Positions 23,872-38,756 are shown, counted from the stretch's first letter. The stretch: DNA of 64,000 nucleotides from Perna viridis (GCA_037379345.1 CM074521.1:17570704-17634703), one strand, 5' to 3'. Program-made: numbers and translations. The notes: a model not told the origin generated them from the sequence alone.

Positions 23872-26800
23872 GTAAGGACTATTTTATCTTGCCTCTCTTG
23901 GCTTATTCTAGGTGAAAGCTTTAATTTTTGTTCTCCTGATATCATACAAGATAGGGGTATATAGCAGTCAATTAGTATTAATATAATGTACTGAAATTCA
24001 GGCACTCCATCTTTTTGTAATTTGCCAACTAAAGCAAATGGTAATTTTTTTTCTTTCTTCTAAACTTGAAATGCACACTATCATTGTGTGAAACACACCA
24101 GTATTTTTATTTTCCGACCTGAAATCCTCTACCGAAATGCATAAAATTACAGCCTTATTATGTTTAAATAGATCAACATACAGGTACAATGTTGTTGATC
24201 CATACATGTGTATGATGTCGTTACCTTAACCTGCCAGTATATCACATATTTCCCTTTTATTGCTGACTATAACATCTTGGAAGTGTGTTTATTGCTGTGT
24301 AGATATATTCTAACTTTTAAAAAAACTTGATGATTTGAAAAGAAAAGCCAAAACATTCCTAGTTCATTATTGATATTTTTTAACTCAGTTATTATAATTT
24401 ACGATAAATAGGGAATCAATACATTACAATATTTATAATAAAAAAATTAAAAAAAAGAAATAAAGTACTTTGTGTCTTTTATGCAAACATTTGTTATTTA
24501 AAAGGCCATACAAGAAAAAAAAAGGTTTGATTAAAACAAAAACCCAAGTATGAAAATAAAAAAAAATAATTGAATGTTTGGTCAGCAATATTGCATTTGT
24601 AGCAGGCAGTGATTCATGGGGGCAGACTCAGCATATGCCCCCTCCCCTAAAAAATGGAAAACAAACTTTTTTTTGACACCAGATCATTAATTTTTTACAC
24701 GTTTTATCCCCAAAACTAAGTCTTGCAATACTTTGATTGGCCTTTAATTCTATTTATGCCCCTTAAACCTGAAATTCAGGATTTGACCCTGTGTAGTTAT
24801 TGAACCAATATTTATTCATTTTAGAACTATAAATACTAAAATTAGGACACCATTTATTTTAGATTAGACACACACAGAGAGAGGTTACTGTTTATGGACT
24901 GGTATTCATGTCGTATCAATTTTCAATGTGTGTTTTTTGTTTGTTTTTTGTTTTTGTTTTTGTTTTTTTTTAGGGGGGGGTTTAAATCACAATGGAAAAA
25001 AAAAAACATTTGGTCAAAATATACAAAAAAAAAGTTACTTTGAAACATTTCAGTACTCCATGAAAAATAAAACTGTGTTAACTCTTTAAACAAGAACACT
25101 GTGATAAGCTAGCAACCACTAAATAACCATAATAATAGTTTGTGGTGCTTCAGACTTAATTTTATCCTATACAGGTCGATCTTACATGTACATCTATGTT
25201 TTCGGTAGTGGCATATAGTAACCAAATACAGATTTATTAATGTAGGAAAAAAAATTCAGATTGTTGCAAAATTCCTCAAAAATGGACACTTCTACAATCT
25301 TGTTATTTAGTTATTATCACTTTTGTCTTCTAAAAACATCTGTCTTGGAACTGGGAGAAAACACTTACAAAATGCTTTGGCCAAGAAAAAGTAGATGTAT
25401 GTTTAAAGCTACATTAAATGAAATAATAGGCAGGTAGGTAAAATCATTTGATTTCTAAAAATTATTTTATAAAGATACTTATGGGATGATTTCTTGACTT
25501 ACATGTAAATAGTGCTCAACTAAAAAAATGATAGTTCAGCGGCAAAAAAAAATACCAATACTAAATGTGCTAGGGTAGTTGGGGTAACCTTAAACAGATG
25601 AGTTTCCTTTTTTTTCTTTTTTTTTTTTTGCTGGCTTTATCTGATGCTTTGATAAATTAAACTCATGAATTAATTAGGTAACAAATGGATTCGGATATAC
25701 ATTTGGAAATTACTACCAGGAAAGTTGTCTCTCAAATTCAGCTCTGGAATCATTCAGATATATTTTGCTTTTATTTTAAAATTTGAATTGCTGAAATACA
25801 AATAAATAGTCTATTTTAGTAATGTGTCAAGTTTATATGATGTCATCATTGAGCATGCTTATTGTCGAAAAATTAACAGAAAAATGGCTTTTTTTTTTTA
25901 TTATGATTCATCGGCAATATTAGCATGGTGAGGTCATTGAACGGCCTGCCCGGCTCCAAATTATTTGAGTGATTTCAAGAACAAAAAGGTGCATGTTCAG
26001 TGAATATCCAAAGCCGCCTTAAAAACTGAAATCTTTCAAGTAAGAAAACTACTTTTCAAATTGTGCAATTTGTAGATTTAACCACCACTGTCCAAAAATC
26101 TTTCATCCTGTTCTGTTGATACGAAGTCTTTGAAAACTGCATATTAGTAAGGTTTTTTGAAGTCATTACTCTGACTAAACGACTTATAAATTTTGTAGGC
26201 AATTATTCAGTTAACGCTTTTGAACTTTGTAAAAGGAAAATATAACTTGATAGAAATGACTGGTAAGTAGGATTTTTTTTTAATGATAGGTCGGAAATTG
26301 TTGTTTATGAATGTACCTGGAAATCATATGTAGATTATGATGGTATTTTTCCTCTGAAATGGCAAAGGTAGAGTGAATTACATGGTAAACTATAAATTGT
26401 TCATCACCCATTTTTCCAAGATCAGTTTTAACAGCCCGAATTGTGAGATCGGATTGTGTAATTAGAAGTATTATTCCTTTTTGTCAGTATGAGTTACCCA
26501 GAAATAACTAGCAATGAAGATTTCTTCTACATTAACAAGACCAATTAACACACAATGAGGGGGGTGGGGGGAGGCAGGCAAAAATTAGAAGGGCTATTTT
26601 CAGCAATCGTAAATGAATTTCAGGGGACTTTATTAGAATCTATATAAAATTTCGAATTAAGACAATTTATTTTTAGTTCTTAAGTGTTTTGTGCCATCAA
26701 ACCTTGGTCTTTCTTAATTCTAATTCCTAAACATACTTTGATCTTTGTGAAAGTGCAGGTTTCTCAAGAAAACATATTTCCAGGCTGTTGAATATAGAGT

Positions 26801-29287
26801 AGGAAGTTTTCTTTATCACTCTGAAAGTTTATTTTCTTTCAGTTAGAATTTATTTGACATGAATACCTGGAAAGAGAATTTAATAACATCTGAAGAAAAA
26901 ATGCACCTGTAAATACATTATTGTGTTGGTTTCATATCATGTTATCTTTTTCTTATATATATATTGCTGTGAATTAGTAATAAAAAAAAATCTTATCAAC
27001 TGATAGAAAAATATAAATGAATTATCAGATGAGGATAACAATTATGAAAGTAGGTCAAAGAATATTCATTATTCGGTCAGCATCAAATGCTGATGGTGTT
27101 AAAAATTACCTTGTTTATGTATAATTTTTCCCATCTTATGTCCAGTTTTTGTCCATCCGATCATGTGTTATGTATGACAAAGCCAAAGTGTTTTGGCAGT
27201 CATTAAAATAATTTGATGCAATGATTTCCATCAATGAAGGAAGCTTCTGGGTTTTTCTTTACTTTTTAGTACTTAACTTAAACACACAACACCAACCCCC
27301 CCCCCTGAAAAAAAGGCTGGATCAGGCATGTCATTTGCTGTTTGTTATGAAAATCAAGCTTGTCAGAAATGTTCAGTGTTACACATTTTTATCAAAAGAA
27401 TGAATGTTTGCTATATAATTCACTCTTTCTTTGCCATTTCAGTGGAAAATACCATCAAAATTTATGAGAATGTCCATATTTCTTATTAAAGCCATTTTTA
27501 ATCTACAAATAAAATGCAGTAAAAAGTTTTGTTATTCTTATTTTAGTAGACATTAAATTTAAGTTTACAACTACCCTTACTGATTTTTAAATTTCCTGGT
27601 TTAACTTAAAATTGTCAAGTATTTTATAATTCACATCATTTTGATTTCATCTCCAAATTGTATTAAGGAGTTATTTTATTGCCAGAATATTTGTTGTTGC
27701 TGCAGACTGATGACATGGACTTGATTGTGTCTGTTGAAATTATATTAAGTGAAAAATAGAATTATTTTTATAAAATACAATAAAACCTGTCTATATAACA
27801 AACCCCTTTTGTTTTTGTCTGCAAGACGCATTTCATCCAATGCTTGTAATGGGAGGTAGATATCATTAAAAAGACCTACATTTGTGTACATATATACTAC
27901 TACCATCCTCTCCAAAGAAGAAATTGTTGAAAACCATAATTCCATTTTATCATCATTTGGTCTCTACAAAAGAGGACGATTGTGATCTTTAATCTATGAA
28001 TACACATGAATCCATACAAACAATGCTTCATTGCTGGATCTGCGAAATGTACTTTCAAACCTTCTATGAAATTATTGGTTTCCGTACTTACAGCTGTCAA
28101 AAAAGGTCTTCAATCATGTGATGACACTTGTTACTGACCTGTAGTGGTATCAATTCAATGTAGATCCTGGAATATGTAGAAGGTATTGTGGAAACCCCCA
28201 ATGCTATACTAGTATTTTAACAGTCTGACTAAAAACACCAATATAAATCCTGTGGAATTTTTACACTGAGGTTAAGTTTGTAGTGAATCACTTAGCAACC
28301 ACCAAAAATTAAACTTGTCAAAATTTTTCATATACATGTACTTTTTTACACCCACCAAAATAATCTGCCATAAAATAATATTAGGTTAATATTAGCCTCA
28401 ATGTCTAATGATTTTTATACAACTGCAAACAAATTTTGTGGATGTACATCTATAATGGTTTCTCCCCGTCATAGTCATCATTTGCTTCATTGGAGTTCGT
28501 TGACTTACATTTATTTTCAATAACTTGAGTGTAACTTGGTGCATCAACCCATTTCAAACATTCAGATTAGTGGAAGTCCGAATTATGGCACCATTAATTT
28601 CAGACCTAGAATCTTTGAAATTTCTTAGTACCTAGGTTCTGGACCTTCAACTGTCTTCATTAATATTTTATTGAGAACTTAGGGTTTACTTCAAGTGTAC
28701 CATAAATATGTAACTTGAAAAAGTCCAAAACCTTCCACTCTTGACATTACAATAGGACCCCTGAGTCCACATTGCATTGAAATACTGAATGATTTCAGTG
28801 ATATTTTTTTACCACTGAAATGTTTACTGATCGTGAAGAACTGGTGTCTTTAATATAATTAACTACAGCAAACTCTTATTTGTTTACCCCCAAAGACCTG
28901 CTCTGGTTTATATAGAAGTACATGCTACTATTTAGTTAACCAGTATCAGTATATGACTCAACCACTTGAAGGCTTGACATTGATTTCTACTGGTTTTATG
29001 AATGAAGAACATGGTCAATAGAAGATTTCTCAGTGATACAAAGTGCCATACATTACCATTTAACATCACAGGCTGTTTATTTATTTGTCTGTTATTAACA
29101 ATTGCACTGAAGATTGTTTTTGTTTCTCTATAGATATTTGTTAAATTATGAAAGAGAGTTTAGATATCATTCATCTACAAACAAACAAGACAGCTATAAG
29201 CATCAAATGAGATAGATGCACTTTCAAAGTAGATTGTTTCTCTGTCTGAGGAGTAGATCTAATTAATGTTAAATATTATTGAATTAA

Positions 29288-29661
29288 GTACGAGTCTCTA
29301 TAAGAATCAGGCAAAATTGGAAAATCTGAAGCATGTCGTAATCCAACCCATCTGAAATTATACTAGAAGACTTTTCTTTTTGAAGTTACCATTACTAGTA
29401 TTGATCTGTGCAATACTTAATATGCTTGAATTTTTTTTAGAATGTAATTTAATTGAGGTTTTGACAGACCACTGCTCCTCACATGGTCATTTGCTATGAA
29501 TTTCAATGGAATTATAACTCATTTTTCCAAAATTATGTGGAAGATCTTGTCTGTGATCATTGATTCTGATGGCACTTAAATAGTAAAGTATACACTGTCA
29601 ATGTGGTGGTTTTTTTCCTACTGTGTTTCACCTACTGTCTGATTCTTACATAGACTGACAC
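29288..29661 (+). mobile_element. TTAA-targeting MITE family B, copy 1
   Basis: TTAA flanks with ends ...taagaatcaggca and tgattcttaca...tgacac. Homologous to 56416-56809. Confidence 0.7.
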
Positions 29662-29683
29662 TTAAAACTGAATGGAAGTTATG

Positions 29684-29900
29684 GGAGGTGGACCTAGGGT
29701 AAGGGACACAACTCTTAAAATCATTGAAACATTTGTATTCAGCATTTTACATCAATCTTATGTAAGCATCTAATTAACATGGATTCATTTTATTCTGCTT
29801 CAAACAAAAGCTTGAGAGGCTTTTTGTGAAACAATATTGAATATAATACAAACGTATCACTGATTTCATGAGTTATGTCCCTTACTCTAGGTATACCTCC
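29684..29900 (-). mobile_element. TTAA-targeting MITE family A, copy 2 (inverted)
   Basis: Same TIRs, interior is the reverse complement of copy 1, right TTAA intact. Confidence 0.8.
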
Positions 29901-31310
29901 TTAAGCATTGTGTTAACCAGTCAGTCCTCTGTTGTAGGAATATATTACAAGTTAACAAGTCAACTTTGCATTGTGTAAAGCTTTTGATATTGACCATTTG
30001 AAAACACAGACAGGGAAGTTAGATGGGCAAAGATTTTTTTTTTGTGTTTAATCCATTCTTAGTTTGCCCAAAGGTTTTATTTGAAGCTTTTCTCTATTAA
30101 TTTAGTCACAACCCACATCAGGGGAACAAAACAAGTCTGAAAATCAGTTCTTTCCTTAAAAATCTAGCCCCAACAATAGAGGACTGTATAGGATTTAAGT
30201 AGCCCAAAATAAGAAAAGTACACATCATTTCACTAGTCCAGGACTTCAAGTTAGTGGCTAAAGGCAAGCAGTTAGCATGGGAAAATACTTTTAACTATTT
30301 GTGAAATCCCATTACTTTGATTTGATTTTAATTTCCTCAGATTAAAATTAAGTATTTTTCAAATTAAGCGGAACTCAGGCCAGGGACCATATGTTTGGCA
30401 GGGGCCAAGTAGCCAATGCTACTGGAAATTTTGTTGGACTTTTTACAGAATTACTGTTGACATACAAAATTCACAGAAAAAGAAAGAAAAACAAAAGGTA
30501 CAGTGATGTTTATATTTGCTCTCCAGACACAGTTTGTGAAATATAAAATCTTTCATCTGATGCCAATCAAGTATTTACAGTCTGTCCATATGTCTGTCTG
30601 TCAGTCATACCTCAGATTTACTTTAGCATTGAACTAATGAATAGGACCATGATATACATGAAGAAATTTTTTAGTGCATGTATATTTTTTGTGACAGAAC
30701 CTATTCCATGGTCTTTTTTTAATACAATCTTAAAAACAAATGTCCAGAATCTTGTCAAACAATTATTCAAAATCCAAATAAGGAGCTGTGTCAAATTTGA
30801 CCATTATGTTCATACAGGTCACAACTGTTCAGGGTTCGACATCTGGTGGTCATATTAAGCTGTGCCCTGCGAAACATTTGATTTTGCTTTACTTAAAAAA
30901 AAGTAATTTTCTGTTGCCTAAGAACTGGGTAATTATTTGGCAATGTCTTGTGGTTTAGTAGTTCATTTCATGTTGGTATGATCTGGAATTTTGACAGATT
31001 CATTCCTGGATTCACTTTCTGTAATAAGGTAGGGTGGTTTTTTTTTTTTTACTGAAAAACATAGAAAATGTAGCGAAAAAATGACCTGTATCTTGCAAAA
31101 GGCACTTTTAATACAATTGTTTTGAGGTGCTTAACTGTCAAGGTGTTTAGATTTTTTACATGGCTATTTCATTTTGGTATTCGGTAAGAAGAAATTTGTC
31201 TAAGTTTGGTTTAATAATGAACTGTTTCAACATAAACTGAATGGTCAATATATAGTGATTTAGCATGGGTTTTAGATTAATCCAATTTTTTTTTAGAATC
31301 AAATACATAA

Positions 31311-31316
<6 letters not shown>

Positions 31317-31345
<29 letters not shown>
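31317..31345. repeat. Poly-A tract
   Basis: About 29 consecutive A. Confidence 0.9.
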
Positions 31346-31348
<3 letters not shown>

Positions 31349-33141
31349 ATGAAGTTGACAGAGAAATATGGTATTTCCAGTGATTGAAATCTTGAGAATG
31401 GGTCATTTTCAATGAACTTCAGAATTTCAATAGGCATTCTTGAACACTCTTTGTAGAAAAATTGGATTTTGATGGGACATTTTCAGTTGGAATATTATAA
31501 ACCTCTAATCTCAATCACTGTGTTTCCTTATGCGTTATTTATTCTTATATCATACCACTGTCTGTCTGTACCCTATATCAGTGTCTGTTTGTCTGTTCCT
31601 CCTTTGTTCACACTTTTCAGAATAATTAAAAAAAACTGTAATGAAACTTGGGTGAGCTGTTTGTATCGATGTAATCGCCATTTTAGGTTTGCATTACTTT
31701 AATGAGTTTTTTTTTTTTTTTCAAAAATAGAATAAAAAATATATTAAAATAACTATTGGTACACTTTGCCATTTTATATTTGTACTTTTGATTATCAAAT
31801 GCACAGATTATACACTAACAATACAAAAATGTAGGTTCAATTTGTTTTTGGTACTAGTAGAAAAGGGAAGACTATTTGACAGCGAAGTGGTAAGTGAGAG
31901 TAAGTGAGATCTTTGTTACCCAATTTAATTTATACAATTTTAGTCACCATGAGTAAGTTCTAAAAAAGAGGCATGTACTAGCCAATAAGGCTAACTATAG
32001 GGTATTTTTATCCTTTTGGTGACCAATTTATTACAAAAAATACTTTTGAACCTTAATTGGATTCTGTCATAAGCAGTCTTCAAAAGAATCATTTGTGCTA
32101 GTTGAGTCCCAATTGAAATTATTCTTTTGCCACATTAAATATTACATTTAAAATTTGTGTAAAGCTAGCTTAACTATTAGGTGAGGATTCATGGGAGTAG
32201 AGGCAACCAACCCTGCATATACTCCTTGTAAAATTGGTGGGGGGGGGTTTTTGCATCAAATTTTTGTTTCATAATTCTGCCACCCAAAATTTTCTTGCCT
32301 TGTGCACTTAGTTGGGAAGACATATATTGTTTTGTCCTGTCCATCACACTTTAGTGAACACAATTTTTTCAGAAATGACTCCACCAAAACTCATGTAACT
32401 TTATAAGTAGTTAGAATGATGTGAAGTTGTGCAAGTGATCCACTGAGTTTTGTGGGAGTTATACCCCTTTGATCTTCAGAACCTGAGGCAGAGGGTGTTG
32501 GTGAGACCTGGATCCACCCCTGTCTATGGTCTGCCACCTATCTTACACGTACTGTTGTAAGTCCCTCCAATTAGTATACAGTTATTATGTGAAGATTTCC
32601 CACTTATCTCTTTAATACCTAAGTATGTAAAGGAAGGTGTGTCACTGTCATTACTATGATCAAGGGTTTCAAAGAAAATGCAACATGAAAATTTGATAGA
32701 TTTAATTGATGTTAATAATTAAAGCAGAAAAAGTTTGCCAAAAGCTACACCTTTTTTGTAACGCATCAAATTAATAGCATTTGTTTTGGCCTTCCTTTAA
32801 CTATTAAGAATTCATTTAACACACGAGCAAATTGAATGTTACAGTTGTTTTGGCAAGATTTCATGGCAAAAAAAGTGGAGGTTTTATAACCTTTCTGACA
32901 ACATTAATGATCAAAAAGTAATAAAATGTCTTCATTTGGCATGCGTGGCATAGGTAGGAAATATTTCATAGACAAAAAATGGGCAAGACTTGATATATTA
33001 ATCTCCCTTTAAGCTGAAAATTTCTGTTCAAATTCTTTGACATCCTCTATGTTTTAGGATGGTTTGAAACCACATAAATGGGCAGTCTGCATGGTCTATA
33101 CATAATTCTTTTTGATTTTGAACTTTTTGCAGCACAATTAT

Positions 33142-33219
33142 TATTTCTTTGAATGTTGCCATACAAGTATTTCTTTGAATGTTGCCATACAAGTATTTCT
33201 TTGAATGTTGCCATACAAG
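33142..33219. repeat. 26-bp minisatellite x3
   Basis: tatttctttgaatgttgccatacaag, three perfect copies. Confidence 0.95.
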
Positions 33220-33692
33220 TAATTAACTGGTTTTTTGTAAGTTACAACTGTACAGCTACAACCATTAATTACTTTAAAAGTATTAATGAATGCAGTGTAC
33301 TAATTTTTGCCATTTTATGGTGGACAGAAAACTTGAAATACAGTACCCGCAAAACTGTTTTTTATCACTATAGAATGCTTATCATATTTTGAACCCACGG
33401 AAATTAGCAACTATGAAAAATTGATATGTTTACAGTAAGCCATAGACTTGCTGCCTATCTAAACCAAATGCCTCCTGTTTGGTAATGTTGATTTGGAATG
33501 AATGAATAGCTTGTCTGCCATGGCTTCAAATTATGGTAAAAGAAATTACTTTCCAGCTTGAGGTTCAGCATTTGAATGAGTTTCATTAACATGAATTTCA
33601 AAGTCTTCTCTATAGTTCAACCAAAATATCCTTTCTGTTTATTTGTTGTCTATGTTAGTGACTAGGATAAAATTAACAAAAAAATCCTGAGA

Positions 33693-34046
33693 ACCGCCTC
33701 GCCGGTCTCGGGGTAGCATCCTCACCACTAGTGTGGGAGGTTGTGTGCTTGATCCGCAGCTGAGTCATACCGAAGACTTTAAAATTGGTAGTCACAGCTT
33801 CTCTGCCAAACCCACAGTATTCAAGAAAATTAAGTGATACCTGGTTTGCTGGGATTCAGAAATTGCTTTCCATCTGGGTGGAATACCTAAATGCAGGCTT
33901 TTGATTCTGTAAACTACCATAAAAATGATCCTTTTTAGTGTGTCAGACTAGGACAAAGCAGGATCTGCTGGATTGGTCAATCTCTTTCATCATGAAATGC
34001 ATTGAATATCTGCCATTGGAGTTTAAACAATTATCAAGCAAACTAA
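33693..34046 (+). mobile_element. Decayed tRNA-derived SINE with Meta-like domain
   Basis: tRNA-like head with degenerate A/B boxes, then gtcataccgaagactttaaaattggtagtcacagcttctctgc (Meta domain-like), tail attggagtttaaacaattatcaa. Confidence 0.75.
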
Positions 34047-36835
34047 GTAATTCAGTACACCTTGAATGCCACTAGGATACTTTTTCTGTTGCTTTCACTT
34101 AGGACTTCCAATGTTCTGGAACCATGTTATAATATACTTCCTTGATGTCAGAACCTTGTCTTTTCTAATCCTTATCTTGATGTCTGAAGTCTGGAGTTGG
34201 GGAAAATGATACTTTGAGGTTACAAAATACCATGAGCCATGGTAAATATCAGATGCTCGACTGTCTGGTGGTGGGATGGTTAGAGAATTTCATATTTCCT
34301 TCCTTGCCAAAAACCATTCAGCTGACCTAATTTTGATTATTGGCTATTTTCTGTCTTGGGAGTTTGAAAAAGTGAATGGAAGACACTGATAGCAAAGTTC
34401 CTGTGATTGATTGTGACATTGCCAATTATCTGGATGACATCAGCTTTTGGATCATGGTGAATTATATTTTCAGCGTTACATTAAGTCTTATTTAGTTTGT
34501 CATACTTTTTGTTCTGATGTCAACAACCTTCATGTGAACCAGTACCTTAAAGACCAAGACTGGTAAAAGTGCTGGTAGGCTTGTATTTTAATTTAATTTC
34601 ACTTACAAGCCAGTAAATCCTCTATAAGATTTTGGCGTATGGATCAAACTGAAAACTGAAAACAAAATCAGTCAGAAAAACCTAAATCAGTGCTTGTTTT
34701 TGGAGTTATGTAATGACATTTTTGTGGGGGTAGCAATTGGTAGCAATTAATACCATAAACCCCTGCAGCAAGTTCAACTGTCTTATTTTTTAACCTATGA
34801 CTAAAAAATGATATTTAAATGCCCTCAGTTTAGTACAATCATTAGACTAAAAGCCCGACCAGGACTGTTATCAGGTTTCTAGTTTGTTTGTGTTTTGGGA
34901 CATGTTTAGTCATATTCCTTGTCTTTCCACTGTCTAGTTTATTAATGTATCTTATATGTGACGAGCTTCAATACTAAACAAGTTCAGCTTGTCCATATTT
35001 TTAACTAATGCTGTTAGTGGTAATTTCAAATCTACATTGTCATTAGATAATTATGGAGAAAGTTATCACATGTTTGTTCAGGGACCCATATAGTCGTTTT
35101 TATTTTCAGCTGTCTGGGGTTAAGTGATACGATACTCCCTGGGTGCCAAAAGCTTTGCCAGGAATTATGTTGTGCATCGCTTAAATGCTTGTATGTCTAG
35201 GGTCGATCTCTCAATCATGACTTTTTCTCTGTAAATCAATTAAATTCAGTATTAATATAACATTTATACAGTTTCACTACTTCTTTGTGTGTTTGCCAGG
35301 TCTCGGCAGTCTTTGGTAGGTTTTGTTCTTTTATTAGCTCATATCGATATTGATACTTAAGTTTTTTATATCATGGCCAACGTAATGAGAGTACCAAAAC
35401 CAGTTTCAACAAATTTCTGGCACATGACACCTGTTTGGTGTCAAGAGAATGCCAGCGAGTGTGAATATTCTTTATTTTGTCTGTTTTTCCACGGCAGTTT
35501 TCCAACCATGCTGCTCTGGTTTTGCTATTGTGTCTCACATACCGTAAATTGCATTAGATTCAGAAGCATTACAACCTTTACATTTGGCATGGATTTATTT
35601 ATGAAATAGGGTTTTGGTATCAAGTTGTGCAACCTATTTTAAATATTTATTCAACACTTGTGGACAGGCAGGCCATCTGAGTTTGTCTTAATTTTCCATG
35701 TTTTCTCCTCTGATGAACTGTTTCAATATTAGAATAACCTTTTGGTTATACCCATGTTTATTATGAGATTCAACAGAACTACATGTATTCAAGTTATATA
35801 CAAGAAAGTATATAATTGTTATATCCTTCACTTAAAACTGAGATAGGCTGTGCATTCCTCTTATGCATCAGCAAATGGAATTTAATGAAACTTTTACAAA
35901 ATCTTAATTAGGTATTTACGATGTGCAACTCCTTCTTTAGATTATGAAATGAATGTTTTTGAGGTGTCACATATCAAAACATTGACTTGGTCATTCAGCA
36001 ACAGGAAGGATTAAGGATATCAATTTAGTCAGCATTGCTCACAAGTTTTTTATAGTACAAAAATGTATTGTGTATACTATTTTATTTAATCAGTTAACTA
36101 TACGGGTCATTTATGGATCCATCAAACTTATCTGTAAACCTGTGACCACTCTTTTTTTTTTTACATCACTCTTGATCAATTATTATAATTTAAAAAAAAT
36201 ATTGAGTGTACACAAATTTGTAAGTATATAATTGAATTGATTTGTAACAAACCTTCTGATTGTATAGTGCTTAACCAGTCCTAAGCTTGTTTGTACAGCA
36301 AACTGTGAAACTTTTGCATTAAGACCTGTAATACAAAAATTTATATGCTTTTATCAAAGAACATAGAACATTATAATACAGTTTGAAGAAATATTCACAA
36401 ATGTCATGCAAGTAGATAGATTGCAGAAAGCCTCCAAATAAAAAGGCTCAATAATTTCCCAGGTAACAGTTTTAACACAATTTGCTTCCACGGTGTTTGT
36501 TGTTAACCCCAGACCCCCTGGCTATTGGCCACAGACTCATTTCTTTGGGTTTCTTAAGTGGACATGTTTTTTTTTTTTTTTTTTAATCGTAGGAATAGAC
36601 TACAGTGTCCAGAAATCTTTTACATCTTTAATGTAGTTTGGACAAAAATAAACCTGAAGAAATCATAACCAAAAGTTACTGTAAATTCAGAAAGATTTGA
36701 GTTTTATCATTAAAAGAAACTTGATGGTTTGATTTACATGTTGTAAGTATATCTCATTCATACTTTCTGTTCATATTGAGGTATTGTATATGTTTGTGCA
36801 CAAAGCTATTTAAATTTAAATCTTACCATTTTCAG

Positions 36836-38239
36836 GTAAAGAAAAGTGACAAAAAAGACATGGCGATGCATACAGAAGACAAAGATGACAGTGAAGACTC
36901 AGAAAATGTCCAGAGTGGATCTACCCAGAACACTGAAAACAGGCCTCCTAGTAGGCCAGACAATGAAAGTGTTGATAGATTTGTGGGTCGAGTGAAAAGT
37001 CGAAAGCGTCAAAGCATAGTGGAACTTAATGAAAGTATAGTAGAGTCTCAGGCCCATATTGATCATCTTCAGGAAGAGAATGAAAAGCTGCAGGATGTGA
37101 AGGAAGCACAAGAAGCTGAGGGAACACGGATTAATCTTAACATCCTACAGCAAATTGATATCATTGCTAAACAGCAAGAAATGCTGACTAAATTACAGGA
37201 ACAACTGAAACAGCAATTGTTTCAGCAGCAGACAACAACTCCTGTTGTTACGGTTACTACTCCTGTGTCACATGACTCAAGGAGCTTGTTATCTGCCTCT
37301 GAAAATAACAATAATGGATTGAACCAAATTCTTCAGCATCAACAAACTAGCAGTCGTGATGACCTTACTTCAAATGTGCAATCAGAAAATATTTTGAACA
37401 ATAACCTTACAGCAGGGTCTTCTGTGGATGATAATCAGATAGTTTCACATTCTGTTTCAATTTTTGCTTCTTCTACTGCTGCTCTCAGTCAAACACTGTC
37501 TCCAAGCAGGTCATGGAGCTGTAGAAATTTGACCTTGACCCCAAGCAAACACCAATCTAGGGTTGCCTTAGCAACAGAATGTGAAATTACACCTTTTGTA
37601 ACAAAAACATTGCCACAAACATCAGGGAACATTTCTGCAGCAGCAATGAAAGGAATTCAGGAACAAATAAAAAACCCAACTCCTATGAAACTAGAATCAA
37701 GTTGTGGTACCAATCTATTTTCCTCTGCTCCTCCATTGTGGACTCCTCTTGCCTTAAAGGAGGTTTCACTTGACCAACAGGGTGTGACACAAGATATCTG
37801 TGATAATGAAATAAAAACATGCACATCTCAGGTAGCCGCCATTGACCTCTCTGTTAAACGACCAACTGATGATGATTTGTTAGACGAAGTTGAAATTATT
37901 GCAACATGCAACAATTCTGTTTCTCCTGCATCTGTATCATACCAGTCAGCATTCAAAAGGGTAACCAGTCCGTCAAGGCACTCTAGTGACTCTAACATCG
38001 GCTCTTTGTCATTGATAGGCAACATGGCTCCTAGCCCAGTGGATTATTCATCCAAAAGAAAAAGACTGTCATTGCGGAGGACTGTCATAGCAGTACCTGA
38101 TGAAAAGTATCAGGAGGCCTTGCTTGATGAAGAGTGTGCTCTGTATTCATGTCGTCTGCAGTCCATAGAAACTCCTGGGTGTACAGGACACGATTGTACA
38201 AACCCTGTAGCAAGAATGCTTGTTGATGGGGATAATATG
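36836..38239 (+). CDS. TROAP: Tastin-like large exon (coiled coil, disordered region, conserved C-terminal block)
   Basis: ttttcAG...ATG|GTaaga, 1404 nt within ORF 36776..38260. YQEALLDEECALYSCR...CTNPVARML matches the recalled tastin C-terminus FHEARLDDECAFYTSR...CTNPVATLL. Confidence 0.92.
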
Positions 38240-38548
38240 GTAAGAATTTTATCAGATTAATCTAGAAATATCAGTAGGCAAGAGACATGAACAAAACCAA
38301 TAAGATGGTTCTTTTATTAAACCGAGTAATGAACTATCAAATAGATGGGTCCAGTGAAAGTTACATTTGTATGTTTGTTCTTTCCCCTCATAACACATTA
38401 TTTTAGATATTGCTTTTGTCATCAGTCACCTTTTAAAGAAAGAAATAGTTTCAAAATGAGTGAATACAAGTGTTTTATACAAGTAGGTACAGGATGTATC
38501 CACTTTGTGTAAAGGGCTTTAAGGCCAGTCTTTTTGTGGAATGTGGGC

Positions 38549-38756
38549 TTACTTTAAAAGCACCATTGTTCGTAGGGTACCAATTTTCGTTGTTTTCGTG
38601 GTTAAGCCAAACCACGAAATTTGTTCCCAAAAGGTAGTTTTTTCTTTGATGTTTATACTAGAAACCTCAAAACCACAAATTCTAGAATCCACAAACTTGT
38701 GTTTCTTCCCTAATCCATAAAAATTGGTATCCACGAATTAAAGTACTTCCACAGTA
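38549..38756. mobile_element. TACTGT...ACAGTA MITE family (Tc1/mariner-like)
   Basis: Inverted ends with taccaattttcgt / aaaattggtatccacgaa. Reverse-orientation copies at about 58209-58410 and 62698-62876. Confidence 0.7.

Noticed and set aside
4478-36835. Nested protein-coding gene, miRNA or snoRNA cluster in the two long tastin introns
   Set aside because: No chain of phase-consistent exons on either strand. Only seed-length matches to known miRNAs (near 18802 and 35764) without full mature sequences, and no convincing C/D or H/ACA box pairs by eye.
36899-38025. Antisense ORFs 36899..37111 and 37828..38025, and the alternative-frame ORF 23609..23809
   Set aside because: Shadows of real coding exons with no independent support.
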